A stretch of 53,726 nucleotides of DNA from Sandaracinaceae bacterium (lineage in GTDB: Bacteria; Myxococcota_A; Polyangia; Polyangiales; Sandaracinaceae), in NCBI GenBank assembly GCA_044220955.1, contig JBGAQA010000017.1, forward strand, positions 1 to 53,726. Reading direction: 5' to 3'. The notes under the pieces were generated by a model. The model was not told the origin of the DNA. It was given only the letters and a program-made list of their open reading frames with translations, and searched no databases. How positions within the stretch are numbered: position 1 is the first letter of the stretch; each line of letters starts with the position of its first letter. This document shows positions 8,961 through 17,930 of the stretch, in pieces. A program made the translations under genes and the position numbers.

Positions 8961-9898
8961 TGGACGACGAGACCACGGACATCCGGGCCCACTCGACCCA
9001 CCCGCCGCCGCCGGGCGCCGAGGGCCGCGCGTCGCGGCCAGGGTCGTCGGCCAGCACTCCGCAGGAGGCGGCGTTCTACGACTCGGTGGTCGTTCCGCGC
9101 TACAGCGCGCTGTTCTCTCGACCGCTCCTCGATGCGATCCCCCACGGCACGCGCGGCCAGGTGCTCGATCTGGGCTGCGGGACGGGCCATCCGGCGATCG
9201 ACGTCCTGCGCCGCATGACCGATCACGGGCGCGTGATCGCGGTCGATCGCGACTCGGGTCTCGTCGATCTCGCGCGCCGTCGGGCGCTCGAGTCGCACGG
9301 CAAGCGCATCTTCTTCAAGGTCGAGCCGGCGGCCGAGCTCTCGTTCGGTGACGAGGTCTTCGACATCGTCGTGGGCAACCTCGTGCTCGGCGCGGTGGAC
9401 GCGGAGCTGTCGTGGGGCGGAGCCGGGGCGCCGCCGGGCGAGCGGGCGGTGACCGGAGAGATCCGCCGCGTGCTCGTTCCGGGGGGCCGCGCGCTGCTCT
9501 CCCGTCCCCTCGCAGGCACGTTCGAGGAGGTGCTGGACATGCTGCGCGAGGTGTCGCTGAGGCGGGATCTGGCCGCGGCGCAGCGGCGGGTCGAGCTGCT
9601 CGGCGGGCGCTACCCGACCCGCGAGGCCTGGGCCGAGCAGCTCGTGCACGCGGGGTTCGCCCCGGTGGAGGTGCGCGCGTACGAGCACAGGCTGGCGTTC
9701 AAGAGCGCGCGCGAGCTCTTCGCCGATCCGCTGGTCCGCGCGGTCGCGGTGTCCGAGTGGCGCTGGGTCGCCGGCCTCGAGCCAGGCAGCGAGACCGTCC
9801 TCGAGGAGTGCGAGCGCGCGCTCGAGACCTACTTCGCGGCGGGCCCGGTGTCGCTCACGGTCGTCGCGGGCGCCGCCTTCGCCACCAAGCCCTGCTGA
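8960..9898 (+). CDS. Class I SAM-dependent methyltransferase
   Basis: Motif I VLDLGCGTG, then VIAVD, FDIVVGN and EIRRVLVPGG. Confidence 0.9.
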   Translation: MDDETTDIRAHSTHPPPPGAEGRASRPGSSASTPQEAAFYDSVVVPRYSALFSRPLLDAIPHGTRGQVLDLGCGTGHPAIDVLRRMTDHGRVIAVDRDSGLVDLARRRALESHGKRIFFKVEPAAELSFGDEVFDIVVGNLVLGAVDAELSWGGAGAPPGERAVTGEIRRVLVPGGRALLSRPLAGTFEEVLDMLREVSLRRDLAAAQRRVELLGGRYPTREAWAEQLVHAGFAPVEVRAYEHRLAFKSARELFADPLVRAVAVSEWRWVAGLEPGSETVLEECERALETYFAAGPVSLTVVAGAAFATKPC

Positions 9899-9902
9899 GT
9901 TT

Positions 9903-10066
9903 GCAGGGGCCCTGAGCGGCCTGAGCGGGCCCCTCGCCGCACCGGCGGAGCCGGATGCGTCTCACCCCTCGCTCCGACTCGTCGCTTCGCTCCTCGCGAG
10001 GCACACCGCTCGTCGCGCGCGGCCGCCAGATCGTGCCCGCGGCCGTCGTCGATTATGGGACAGCCT
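9903..10066. repeat. REP/MITE-like palindromic intergenic element between convergent genes
   Basis: Stem AGGGGCCC/GGGCCCCT (9905-9934) enclosing CCTGAGCGG x2; hairpin CCGGC-GGA-GCCGG (9942-9954); GCTTCGC mini-hairpin; IS-end-like TTATGGGACAGCCT (10053-10066). Confidence 0.35.
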
Positions 10067-10092
10067 TTGAGTCTTCGGGGGGCGCGAGCCGC

Positions 10093-10410
10093 TCAAGCAG
10101 GGGTCTTTCCGGGACGAGCGCCGGCCGCGAGCTCCTTGGGCGGCGGCGCGCCCGCCCGGGGCAGCGAGAGCGCGCCCACGTAGTTCACGACGTTCGAGGG
10201 CAGGATGAACAGCGTCGTGAAGAACGAGAAGAGGTGCCACCACCCGAAGAGCAGCGTCACCAGCGTCATGCGCCAGAAGCTGCGACCGATGCACGCGCGG
10301 CAGAGGTTGCCCGAGACCGTCCGCGACGAGCGCACGAAGAGCGCGCCGACGTTCTGCGAGAACGCCACGTTCTTCGTGGGCGCGCTCGCGCCGCAGACCT
10401 GACAGTACAC
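10093..10410 (-). CDS. Small membrane protein with CxxC...CxxC (putative Zn-binding) N-terminus
   Basis: CQVC and CRAC pairs, followed by hydrophobic TLVTLLFGWWHLFSFF. Confidence 0.65.
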   Translation of the reverse strand: MYCQVCGASAPTKNVAFSQNVGALFVRSSRTVSGNLCRACIGRSFWRMTLVTLLFGWWHLFSFFTTLFILPSNVVNYVGALSLPRAGAPPPKELAAGARPGKTPA

Positions 10411-10416
10411 GCCCGC

Positions 10417-10821
10417 TCAGCCTCCCCCGCCGCCGAAGCCCCCGTCCGGCGGGGTGGCGCCGCCTCCGTGCACGAGGTCCCAGTAGCACTGGTAGGTCCC
10501 GGTCGAGTACGGGTGCGTCTGGATGGTGATCCGGCCGCTCGAGGGGCAGTTCGTCTGCACCAGGGGGCAGCGCCCGCTCGCGTCGTCGTTCATCGCGAAC
10601 GAGCTCGCGTCGTTGCACGCGCTCGGGGGGATGGACCCGTCGCAGGCGTCGAGCACCGGATCGCCGTCGCAGGTGCTGCCGACCGCGCCCGTGCACCCGA
10701 TCGAGAGGGACTCGCCCGGCGTGCACGTGAGCGTGTCGCCTGGCCGGTTGTGCCGGTTCTTGCACCCCGGCGCGAGGGCCGTGACGAGGATCAACAGAGC
10801 TCCGAGGATCGATCGCGTCAT
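10417..10821 (-). CDS. Cys-rich lipoprotein, hypothetical
   Basis: Signal + lipobox [20 protein letters not shown]; multiple Cys; NDD motif. Confidence 0.75.
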   Translation of the reverse strand: MTRSILGALLILVTALAPGCKNRHNRPGDTLTCTPGESLSIGCTGAVGSTCDGDPVLDACDGSIPPSACNDASSFAMNDDASGRCPLVQTNCPSSGRITIQTHPYSTGTYQCYWDLVHGGGATPPDGGFGGGGG

Positions 10822-10846
10822 GACGTCATCGTACTACGCTCCCGCG

Positions 10847-11944
10847 ATGACGCTGCCCCCTCTCGGTCGCGAGCCCCTCTCGGGCAGCGCGGCATTCGCC
10901 GCCGTGGAGATCGACCCGCGGACGCTCGACGTGTACCTGCTCGATCAGAGGTTCCTGCCGGGCGAGACGCGCTACGTCCGCTGCACCACGCCCGACGAGG
11001 TCGCCGAGGGCATACGGGCCATGGTCGTGCGGGGTGCGCCGGCGATCGGGATCAGCGCGGCTTACGCGCTCGCGCAGGTGGCGGCGCGCGCCCAGGGCGA
11101 CGCACGCATGTTCCTGGCCTCGATCGGCGCGGCAGGTCGGGTGCTCGGCAGCACACGCCCGACCGCCGTGAACCTCGCTTGGGCGATCGCCAGGATGGCC
11201 CGCCGAGCCGGCGAGCTCGCCCAGCAGCCGCCCGCCCAGCGGGCCGAAGCGATGCGCCTCGAGGCCGAGGCGATCCACCGCGAGGACGTCGCCGCCTGCC
11301 GCGCGATGGGCGAGCTCGGCGCGCGCGACGTGCCGGACGGCGCCACGATCCTCACGCACTGCAACGCCGGCGCGCTCGCGACCGGCGGCTTCGGCACGGC
11401 GCTCGGCGTCATCCGGGCAGCGTTCGCGCAGCGCAAGGTCAAGCGCGTGCTCGCGTCCGAGACGCGGCCGTACCTCCAGGGTGCACGCCTCACCGCGTAC
11501 GAGCTCCACCACGACGGAATCCCCGTCGAGCTGATCACCGACGGCATGAGCGCGCACTTCCTCGCCCGGGGCGAGATCGACTTCGCCGTCGTCGGGGCCG
11601 ACCGGATCGCGGCGAACGGGGACGTGGCGAACAAGATCGGCACCTATGCGCATGCCGTGCTCTGTGCGGCGCACGACGTTCCGTTCACCGTCGCCGCGCC
11701 CTGGAGCACCGTCGACCTGCGTACGCCGACGGGCGCCGAGATCCCGATCGAGGAGCGCTCGCGCGAGGAGGTCGCCCGCATCGGTGAGCGCACGATCGTG
11801 CCGGACGGCGTTCCCTGCCGGCACCCCGCGTTCGACGTGACGCCTGCGCGCCTGGTCCGCGCGATCTTCACGGAGCGTGGCGTGCTCCGGCCGAGCGCTG
11901 GAGAGACGCCGGCCACGTTCGCGACGGCGCGCGAACCGCGCTAA
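10847..11944 (+). CDS. mtnA: S-methyl-5-thioribose-1-phosphate isomerase
   Basis: [66 protein letters not shown] and PAFDVTP. Confidence 0.95.
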   Translation: MTLPPLGREPLSGSAAFAAVEIDPRTLDVYLLDQRFLPGETRYVRCTTPDEVAEGIRAMVVRGAPAIGISAAYALAQVAARAQGDARMFLASIGAAGRVLGSTRPTAVNLAWAIARMARRAGELAQQPPAQRAEAMRLEAEAIHREDVAACRAMGELGARDVPDGATILTHCNAGALATGGFGTALGVIRAAFAQRKVKRVLASETRPYLQGARLTAYELHHDGIPVELITDGMSAHFLARGEIDFAVVGADRIAANGDVANKIGTYAHAVLCAAHDVPFTVAAPWSTVDLRTPTGAEIPIEERSREEVARIGERTIVPDGVPCRHPAFDVTPARLVRAIFTERGVLRPSAGETPATFATAREPR

Positions 11945-11952
11945 GCGGTCGC

Positions 11953-13413
11953 ATGTTCTTCGACGACGCCTCTCTTCCGGCGCCCTCGCGCCGGATCTAC
12001 TGCAATCGCACGCTGAACCTGCGCTCGATCCAGGCGATCGGCTTCGACATGGACTACACGCTCGTCCACTACCACGTGGACCAGTGGGAGCGGCGCGCCT
12101 ACGAGCACGCGCGCGGCCGCCTCGCGGCGGACGGACTGCCCGTCGCGGAGCTCGCCTTCGATCCCGAGCTCGCCACGATCGGCCTGATCGTCGACAGCGA
12201 GCTCGGCAACCTCGTGAAGGCCAACCGGTTCGGGTACGTGAAGCGCGCGTGTCACGGCACCGCGATGATGGAGTTCGAGGCGCAGCGCACGGCCTACGAG
12301 CGCACCGTCGTGGATCTCGCCGATCGGCGCTGGGTGTTCGCGAACACCCTCTTCAGCCTCTCGGAGGCTTGCCTCTACATGCAGCTCGTCGATCTCTTCG
12401 ACCAGGGCAAGCTCGCCGGCACCGCGCTCGCCCACGCCTCGTACGCCAAGCTCTACGAGGCCGTGCGGCGGGTGCTCGACGCCTCGCACGTCGAGGGGCA
12501 GCTCAAGGCCGAGATCGCGCTCGATCCGGAGCGCTTCGTCGTCCTCGACCCGGATCTGCCGCTGGCGCTCATGGATCTGCGCGCCGCGGGCAAGAAGCTC
12601 TGCGTCGTCACGAACAGCGAGTGGACGTACACGCGCGCGATGATGAGCCACTGCTTCGACCGCTTCCTCGACGGGCGGGGGTGGCGCTCGCTCTTCGACC
12701 TCGTCATCGTCGGGGCACGAAAGCCTGCGTTCTTCACCGAGCGCATGCCTGCCTTCGAGGTGATCGACGAGGACGGGCGTCTGCTGCCCGCCGCCGGGAA
12801 GCTCGAGGCGAACAAGACGTACCTCGGCGCGCACGCGCGGCTCGTCGAGGAGTCGCTCGGCCTGCGCGGCGAAGACCTGCTCTACATCGGCGATCACATC
12901 TTCGCCGACGTGAACATCAGCAAGAGCTTCAGCCGCTGGCGCACGGCCCTGGTGCTCCGCGAGCTGGAGCGGGAGCTCGAGGCGCTCGAGACGTTCAAGC
13001 CGGCGCAGCGCGAGCTGAGCCAGCGCATGGCGGAGAAGGAGCACCTCGAGCACCGCTACTCGTTGATGCGGCTGGCGGTGCAGCGCATCGAGAAGGGCTA
13101 CGGGCCACGCTCGGAGAAGCTGGACCTCGGCAAGCTCCGCGCCGAGATGCGCGAGCTCCGCGCGCAGCTGGTCGCGCTCGACGAGCGCATCGCGCCCCTG
13201 GCGAAGCAGTCGGGCGAGCTCGGCAACACGCGCTGGGGCCTCATCCTGCGGACGGGCAACGACAAGAGCCACCTGGCGCGCCAGATCGAGCGGCACGCCG
13301 ACGCGTACACCTCGCGCGTGTCGAACCTGCTCGCGTGCACCCCGTTCGTGTACCTACGCTCCCCGCGCGGGAGTCTTCCTCACGACAGTGGCCCGCAGGG
13401 CGGCGTGGAATAG
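11953..13413 (+). CDS. HAD-IG family (cN-II-like) 5'-nucleotidase
   Basis: IYCNRTLNL, motif I GFDMDYTL, VTNS, ARKPAFF, YIGDHIFADV and RHADAYTSRVSNLL. Confidence 0.92.
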   Translation: MFFDDASLPAPSRRIYCNRTLNLRSIQAIGFDMDYTLVHYHVDQWERRAYEHARGRLAADGLPVAELAFDPELATIGLIVDSELGNLVKANRFGYVKRACHGTAMMEFEAQRTAYERTVVDLADRRWVFANTLFSLSEACLYMQLVDLFDQGKLAGTALAHASYAKLYEAVRRVLDASHVEGQLKAEIALDPERFVVLDPDLPLALMDLRAAGKKLCVVTNSEWTYTRAMMSHCFDRFLDGRGWRSLFDLVIVGARKPAFFTERMPAFEVIDEDGRLLPAAGKLEANKTYLGAHARLVEESLGLRGEDLLYIGDHIFADVNISKSFSRWRTALVLRELERELEALETFKPAQRELSQRMAEKEHLEHRYSLMRLAVQRIEKGYGPRSEKLDLGKLRAEMRELRAQLVALDERIAPLAKQSGELGNTRWGLILRTGNDKSHLARQIERHADAYTSRVSNLLACTPFVYLRSPRGSLPHDSGPQGGVE

Positions 13414-13551
13414 GGGGATTCCGCGTCCCAAGCCCTCTGCCCATCGCGTGTCTATGAGTGCGAGAGGCGGTGGCGAGGGGCGCGCACGTGACCGCCGCCC
13501 GGGCTCGCCCCGCCGAGCGCGCACGCCCGTGCGCAGAGGGAGCCCCGCGCC

Positions 13552-14442
13552 ATGCAGATCCAGAAGACGACCTCGACCCCAACGACCGAGAGCTCCGTGC
13601 TCTTCTCGCTCGCGAGCCTCGGGGCGATGGCGTCGCCCCCGCCGCCCAAGAGGTCCGCGCCCGCGGAGGTCGAGGATCTCCTGGGCATCGGCGCGCTGCC
13701 GTCCCCGGTCCTCGCCCCGCCGACGGCCATGCCGGTGGTGGTCGCGAGGCGCCCGCCAACCCGGTCGTCGCGCGGGCTGATCGCCGCGGCCTCGATCCTG
13801 GCCGTGGGGATCCTCGGCGGCTCGTATGCGGCGGCGCGCGCAGTGCAGAGGGCGGCGCCCGTGAGCGGCGCGATGACCTCGCTCGCGGTGGTGAGCGAGG
13901 GCGAGGGCGAGAGCGCTAGCGTGGGCGAGGGCGACGGCGAGAGCGTGAGCGTGAGCGTGAGCGAGAGCGAGAGCGAGAGCGAGAGCGAGAGCGAGAGCGA
14001 GAGCGTGAGCGCTAGCGTGAGCGAGCGCCCACCGGCGGCGCCGGTGCCGGTTCGTCACGCACGGCCGCATCACAGCGACCCGGCGGACCCGGTGGTCGCG
14101 TCGATTGTCCCCGCGCCGCCGCACGAGCCCACCCTCGAGGAGCTGCTCCAGCAGGCCGCGCCCCGCTCGGCGCCCACGCTCGCACCGAGCCCGCCGTCTC
14201 GCGCCGCGGTGCTGTCGGCGATGCGCACGATCACGCCGGCCGTCAGCCAGTGCGGCCCCCAGCACGGAACCGCGACGGTGGAGATCAGCGTCGCCCAGGA
14301 CGGCCACGTCACGAGCGCCGTCGTCACCGGCCCGCTCGCCGGCACACCCACCGGCTCGTGCGTCGCCCGCGCCGTGCGCGCCGCGACGCTGCCCGCCTTC
14401 GGTCAGCCGACGTTCCGCTTCACGTATCCGTTCCGTGTGTGA
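13552..14442 (+). CDS. Single-pass membrane protein with AgmX/GltJ-like (TonB-C-like) C-terminal domain
   Basis: N-terminal ESSVLFSLASL motif, one TM helix, a Ser/Glu/Pro linker, and a C-domain with the Cys pair SQC...GSCVARAVRAATLPAF...FTYPF. Confidence 0.65.
   Translation: MQIQKTTSTPTTESSVLFSLASLGAMASPPPPKRSAPAEVEDLLGIGALPSPVLAPPTAMPVVVARRPPTRSSRGLIAAASILAVGILGGSYAAARAVQRAAPVSGAMTSLAVVSEGEGESASVGEGDGESVSVSVSESESESESESESESVSASVSERPPAAPVPVRHARPHHSDPADPVVASIVPAPPHEPTLEELLQQAAPRSAPTLAPSPPSRAAVLSAMRTITPAVSQCGPQHGTATVEISVAQDGHVTSAVVTGPLAGTPTGSCVARAVRAATLPAFGQPTFRFTYPFRV
13945..14004 (+). repeat. In-frame hexamer microsatellite (GTGAGC)3(GAGAGC)7 encoding VS/ES repeats
   Basis: Counted directly in the sequence; flanked by degenerate copies from about 13895 to 14025. 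Confidence 0.9.
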
Positions 14443-14472
14443 GGCCGGCGGCGGCCCGCCCCTGCTCTCGCG

Positions 14473-14979
14473 TCAGAGCCCCTTGTTCGCGAGGAACGCG
14501 TTCGTGTACTGCGCGGTCTTCTCGTAGCTCTCGCGGGTCGTGTCGGCGATGAACTTCTCGACGACACCGCCGACGCCGAAGACGTTCACCTCGAGGTCGA
14601 CCTCGCAGATGCGCTCGATCTTCTTGTCACCGCGCGGCTCGACCCAGAGCGTGCCACCGATGCGGACCTTGTCGGAGAGCTTGTTGGTCGTGATCTCGTA
14701 GGTCCACTTCTGTGTCTTCGCGTCGAAGCGGCCGCGCTCCGTGTAGTTGAGCCCGCCGCCGATCAGCTTCGTCACCACGGCCGGCGCGTCGTTCTTGGGC
14801 TCCGTGAACATCTTGCGCGTGCGGTCACCGCCCGGCTCGCCCGTCAGCTCGAGCACCTCGAATTGCTTGAAGCCGAGGGTGCCCAGGTAGAGACCGCGGT
14901 TGTACTCGACGTCGAAGAAGACCTTGCTCCAGTAGGTCTCGGCGTCGCAGTTGAAGACGTTCTGACAACGGAATCGCAT
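14473..14979 (-). CDS. DUF2505-like (SRPBCC superfamily) protein
   Basis: ATG at 14979. MRFRCQNVFNCDAETYW, and VNVFGVGGVVEKFI near the C-terminus. Confidence 0.7.
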   Translation of the reverse strand: MRFRCQNVFNCDAETYWSKVFFDVEYNRGLYLGTLGFKQFEVLELTGEPGGDRTRKMFTEPKNDAPAVVTKLIGGGLNYTERGRFDAKTQKWTYEITTNKLSDKVRIGGTLWVEPRGDKKIERICEVDLEVNVFGVGGVVEKFIADTTRESYEKTAQYTNAFLANKGL

Positions 14980-15043
14980 CGGCCACCTCGCGGGGGCCCA
15001 TACATGCTGGATCCGCGTCGCCCGGGCAATGCGCCGGCGCACC

Positions 15044-15871
15044 TCACTCCGAGCTGAAGAGCTCGCGCTCGAGCGCGTCGTAGCGAGCAGGGTTGGCCTC
15101 GATGAGCCGCGTTCCCCCGAGCTCGGCGATGACGCCTGTCATGCGATCGCTCGTCAGTGCCAACCGCACGTCCTCGACCATCAGCGCGTCGGCGGTGCGC
15201 GCCGCGCAGAACGTGTCGCCCGGGATCGCGTCGCTCACGGCCAGCACGGTCAGAGGATCGGTCCACGGGCGTCGCACGATGTTGCCGCTCGTGTCGATCT
15301 GGCAGAACGACGCTCCGACGTCGGCCGCCCCCGTCGCGAGGGCGTCGAAGACGGCGTCGTAGCTGCCCACGAAGCCCTGCGCCTTCAGCGCGTAGTCGGG
15401 GGAGACCCCGTGCTCCCGCATCAGCCGCCGCGGCATCACGTAGCCAGCGGCCGACCAGTTGTCGACCCAGGCCGCGCGCCGGCCCTCGAGGTCGGACCAC
15501 CCGCGCAGCACCCCCGGGCGGGCCAGCAGGGCCGAGGCGTACGCGGGTCGGCCGTCGCGCTCCACCGTCGCGAGGAGCTCCACGCAGGCCTGACGCCGGG
15601 CGCGCACGTACGCGATGGGCGGGAGCCACGCGAGGTCGACGTCGCCGTCGCCGACGGCCTCGACGACGCGCGCGTAGGTCGAGTACGTCCGGAGCACCAC
15701 TCGCCGCGCCAGCACCTGGCTGAGCCGGTCGGCCACCCGGCCAGGGTCGACCATGCGGGACGTCACGACGGCGCCCACCCGGATCTTCGCCTGCGCCCGC
15801 GCGATCCGCCTCGCGTCGCCGACCGTGGGCTCCGCCGGATGCTCGCCCGATGCCACCATCGCGCCGCGCAT
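15044..15871 (-). CDS. PhnD-like phosphate/phosphonate-binding-fold protein
   Basis: YARVVEAVGDGDVDLAWLPPIAYV, AWVDNWSAAGYVMPR, GSYDAVFDALATGAADVGA and SDAIPGD. Confidence 0.8.
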   Translation of the reverse strand: MRGAMVASGEHPAEPTVGDARRIARAQAKIRVGAVVTSRMVDPGRVADRLSQVLARRVVLRTYSTYARVVEAVGDGDVDLAWLPPIAYVRARRQACVELLATVERDGRPAYASALLARPGVLRGWSDLEGRRAAWVDNWSAAGYVMPRRLMREHGVSPDYALKAQGFVGSYDAVFDALATGAADVGASFCQIDTSGNIVRRPWTDPLTVLAVSDAIPGDTFCAARTADALMVEDVRLALTSDRMTGVIAELGGTRLIEANPARYDALERELFSSE

Positions 15872-16052
15872 GAAGCGGCGAGTCTAACAGGCGTCTGGCC
15901 CGCCGGCAGCCGAGAATTACAGATGTTTTCCGGTTCCGCTCCGTGAAAACGGGGGGTAGCTCCCTTGCGGCGGCCGGGGGGGGTCGCTAGCATCGGCCGA
16001 TGGCGGGGGCGCACCAGCGCAATCGCCGCGCTGCGCCTCGCCGAACACCACC

Positions 16053-17429
16053 GTGCCTCCACTCTCCCATGCGCTCCTGCTCCAGGGGGGCTCCAGCTTC
16101 GGCGGGCCTCTGCCGGAGATCGCCCTCATCGTGGTCTCGGCGCTCGTGGGAGCGGTCCTCTCGGGGCTGACGACGGCGCTCGCGGCGTTTCCCCCCGAGC
16201 GCGTCCTGGCCCTGCGCGACGAGGGCGGCGCGGACGGCAAGACGGCGGCGCGGCTCGTCGAGCACCGCAAGACGATCCGCGCCCGCATCCTCGCCGGACG
16301 GGTGCTCTCGGTCGCGTCGGTCTCGGCGTTCACGGCGCACCTCGTCGCGAACGTCCTCGACGACGAGGGCCTCGTGCTCGGTGCGGTCTTCGGCGCCGCC
16401 CTCGCGTACGCGATCCTGGCCGAGGTGGCCCAGACGCTGGCGCGGTCCCGTGCGAACTCGATCACGATGCCGCTGCTGCGGGCATGCTATCCGCTGGAGC
16501 TGCTGCTCGCGCCCTTCGCGCTCCCGATCCAGCTCGTCGCCCGTTTCGCCGAGCGCGCCTTCCCGGAGGACTCGGTCGCCGTCGCGCCCGAGATCGCCGA
16601 GCGCGAGGTGGAGCACCTCATCGAGAAGCGTGAGGAAGAAGGCACGCTCGAGGGTGCGAGCATGCTCCTCAACGTGCTCGAGCTGAAGGACACCCTCGTT
16701 CGCGAGGTCATGGTCCCGCGCACGCGCATGGTCGCGATCGCGAAGGACACTCCGATGGAGGAGGTCGTCCGGCGCGCGATCGCCGAGGGTCACAGCCGCT
16801 ATCCGGTCTACGGTGAGAAGATCGACAAGATCGAGGGCATTCTCTACACCAAGGATCTCTTCGCCGCGTCGCGCAGCGCCGAGCCGCCGACGCTCGCGAG
16901 GCTCGTGCGCGGCAAGGTGCTCTTCGTCCCGGAGACGCAGAAGATCGACGCGCTGCTGCGCGAGATGCAGGCGAAGCGGCAGCACCTCGCGGTCGCCATC
17001 GACGAGTTCGGTGGGACGAGCGGGATCGTGACGCTCGAGGACGTCCTCGAGGAGATCGTCGGCGAGATCCACGACGAGCACGACACCGACGAGGCGCTCG
17101 TCACGGAGGTCGAGCCGGGCCGCTACCTCGCGGACGCGCGCGTCTCGATCCACGACCTCGGCGAGATGCTCTCGGCGTCGCTGGTGAAGGCGGAGGAGAG
17201 CGGGTTCGACTCGCTCGGGGGCCTCGTCATCGATCTCGCGGGCCGCGTGCCCGAGATCGGCGAGCGCGTGCGCCTCGACGGCTTCGACTTCCTCGTCAAG
17301 GACGCCGACGAGCGTCGTGTCCGCCGGGTCGAGATCCAGCGTCGCGACACGGTCCGGCCCCCGCCCGCGAGCGAGACCGAGGCCCCGGAGCCCGCGGTGC
17401 GCACGACGCCCAAGGAGACCACCGCCTGA
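16053..17429 (+). CDS. Hemolysin family / CNNM (DUF21-CBS-CBS-CorC) protein
   Basis: N-terminal TM region; VREVMVPRTRM, GHSRYPV, DEFGGTSGIVTLEDVLEEIVGEIHDEHD and DSLGG. Confidence 0.92.
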   Translation: MPPLSHALLLQGGSSFGGPLPEIALIVVSALVGAVLSGLTTALAAFPPERVLALRDEGGADGKTAARLVEHRKTIRARILAGRVLSVASVSAFTAHLVANVLDDEGLVLGAVFGAALAYAILAEVAQTLARSRANSITMPLLRACYPLELLLAPFALPIQLVARFAERAFPEDSVAVAPEIAEREVEHLIEKREEEGTLEGASMLLNVLELKDTLVREVMVPRTRMVAIAKDTPMEEVVRRAIAEGHSRYPVYGEKIDKIEGILYTKDLFAASRSAEPPTLARLVRGKVLFVPETQKIDALLREMQAKRQHLAVAIDEFGGTSGIVTLEDVLEEIVGEIHDEHDTDEALVTEVEPGRYLADARVSIHDLGEMLSASLVKAEESGFDSLGGLVIDLAGRVPEIGERVRLDGFDFLVKDADERRVRRVEIQRRDTVRPPPASETEAPEPAVRTTPKETTA

Positions 17430-17857
17430 GGCCGCCGGTCGCGACGGCGGCTCCCTCGCTCGCCGCTGCGCTCGCCGACGCGCTCGGTCCCGAGGTCCGG
17501 GACGCGAACGTCGTGCGCGCATCGAGGCTCGCGCTCACGCTTCCGGACGGCGTCGCCGAGGCGGCGGATGGCCAGGCGAGCGGCGCGATCGTCACCGCGC
17601 TCGACGCGGCGAGCCTGGCGGAGGCTTCCGAGCGCCTCGGCCGAGCACGGGCGGGCCAGCGCATCGCCTGGGCGCTCCCCGTCTCACGCCCCGGGCTCGT
17701 GGGCTGGATCGCCTGCCGCGCCAGCGGCCTGAGGCCGATCGTCCTCGAGGACGCGTGCGCGGCGCTGCGGCGCGCGGGAGTCGTCGACGTGCGCGTGAGG
17801 CCCGTCGCGGGCACGCTCCCGCTCGTGGTGGTCTCGGGGCGCGCGAGCGGGCCCTGA
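17426..17857 (+). CDS. Hypothetical protein (start uncertain: CTG at 17426 or GTG at 17513)
   Basis: Track ORF 17513..17857; the frame stays open upstream to CTG 17426, which overlaps the previous TGA and follows AAGGAG. Confidence 0.45.
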   Translation: MRPPVATAAPSLAAALADALGPEVRDANVVRASRLALTLPDGVAEAADGQASGAIVTALDAASLAEASERLGRARAGQRIAWALPVSRPGLVGWIACRASGLRPIVLEDACAALRRAGVVDVRVRPVAGTLPLVVVSGRASGP

Positions 17858-17930
17858 AGGCGCGGAAACGCCCGGCTTCGCCGCGCCCCTGCGTCTCGAC
17901 GCCAGCCGAGCCGAGCGCTAGGAATCCAGG

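Noticed and set aside
13895..14025. CRISPR-like repeat array (also considered 33501-33554 and 52200-52290)
   Set aside because: Short in-frame coding tandem repeats without unique spacers; no cas genes.
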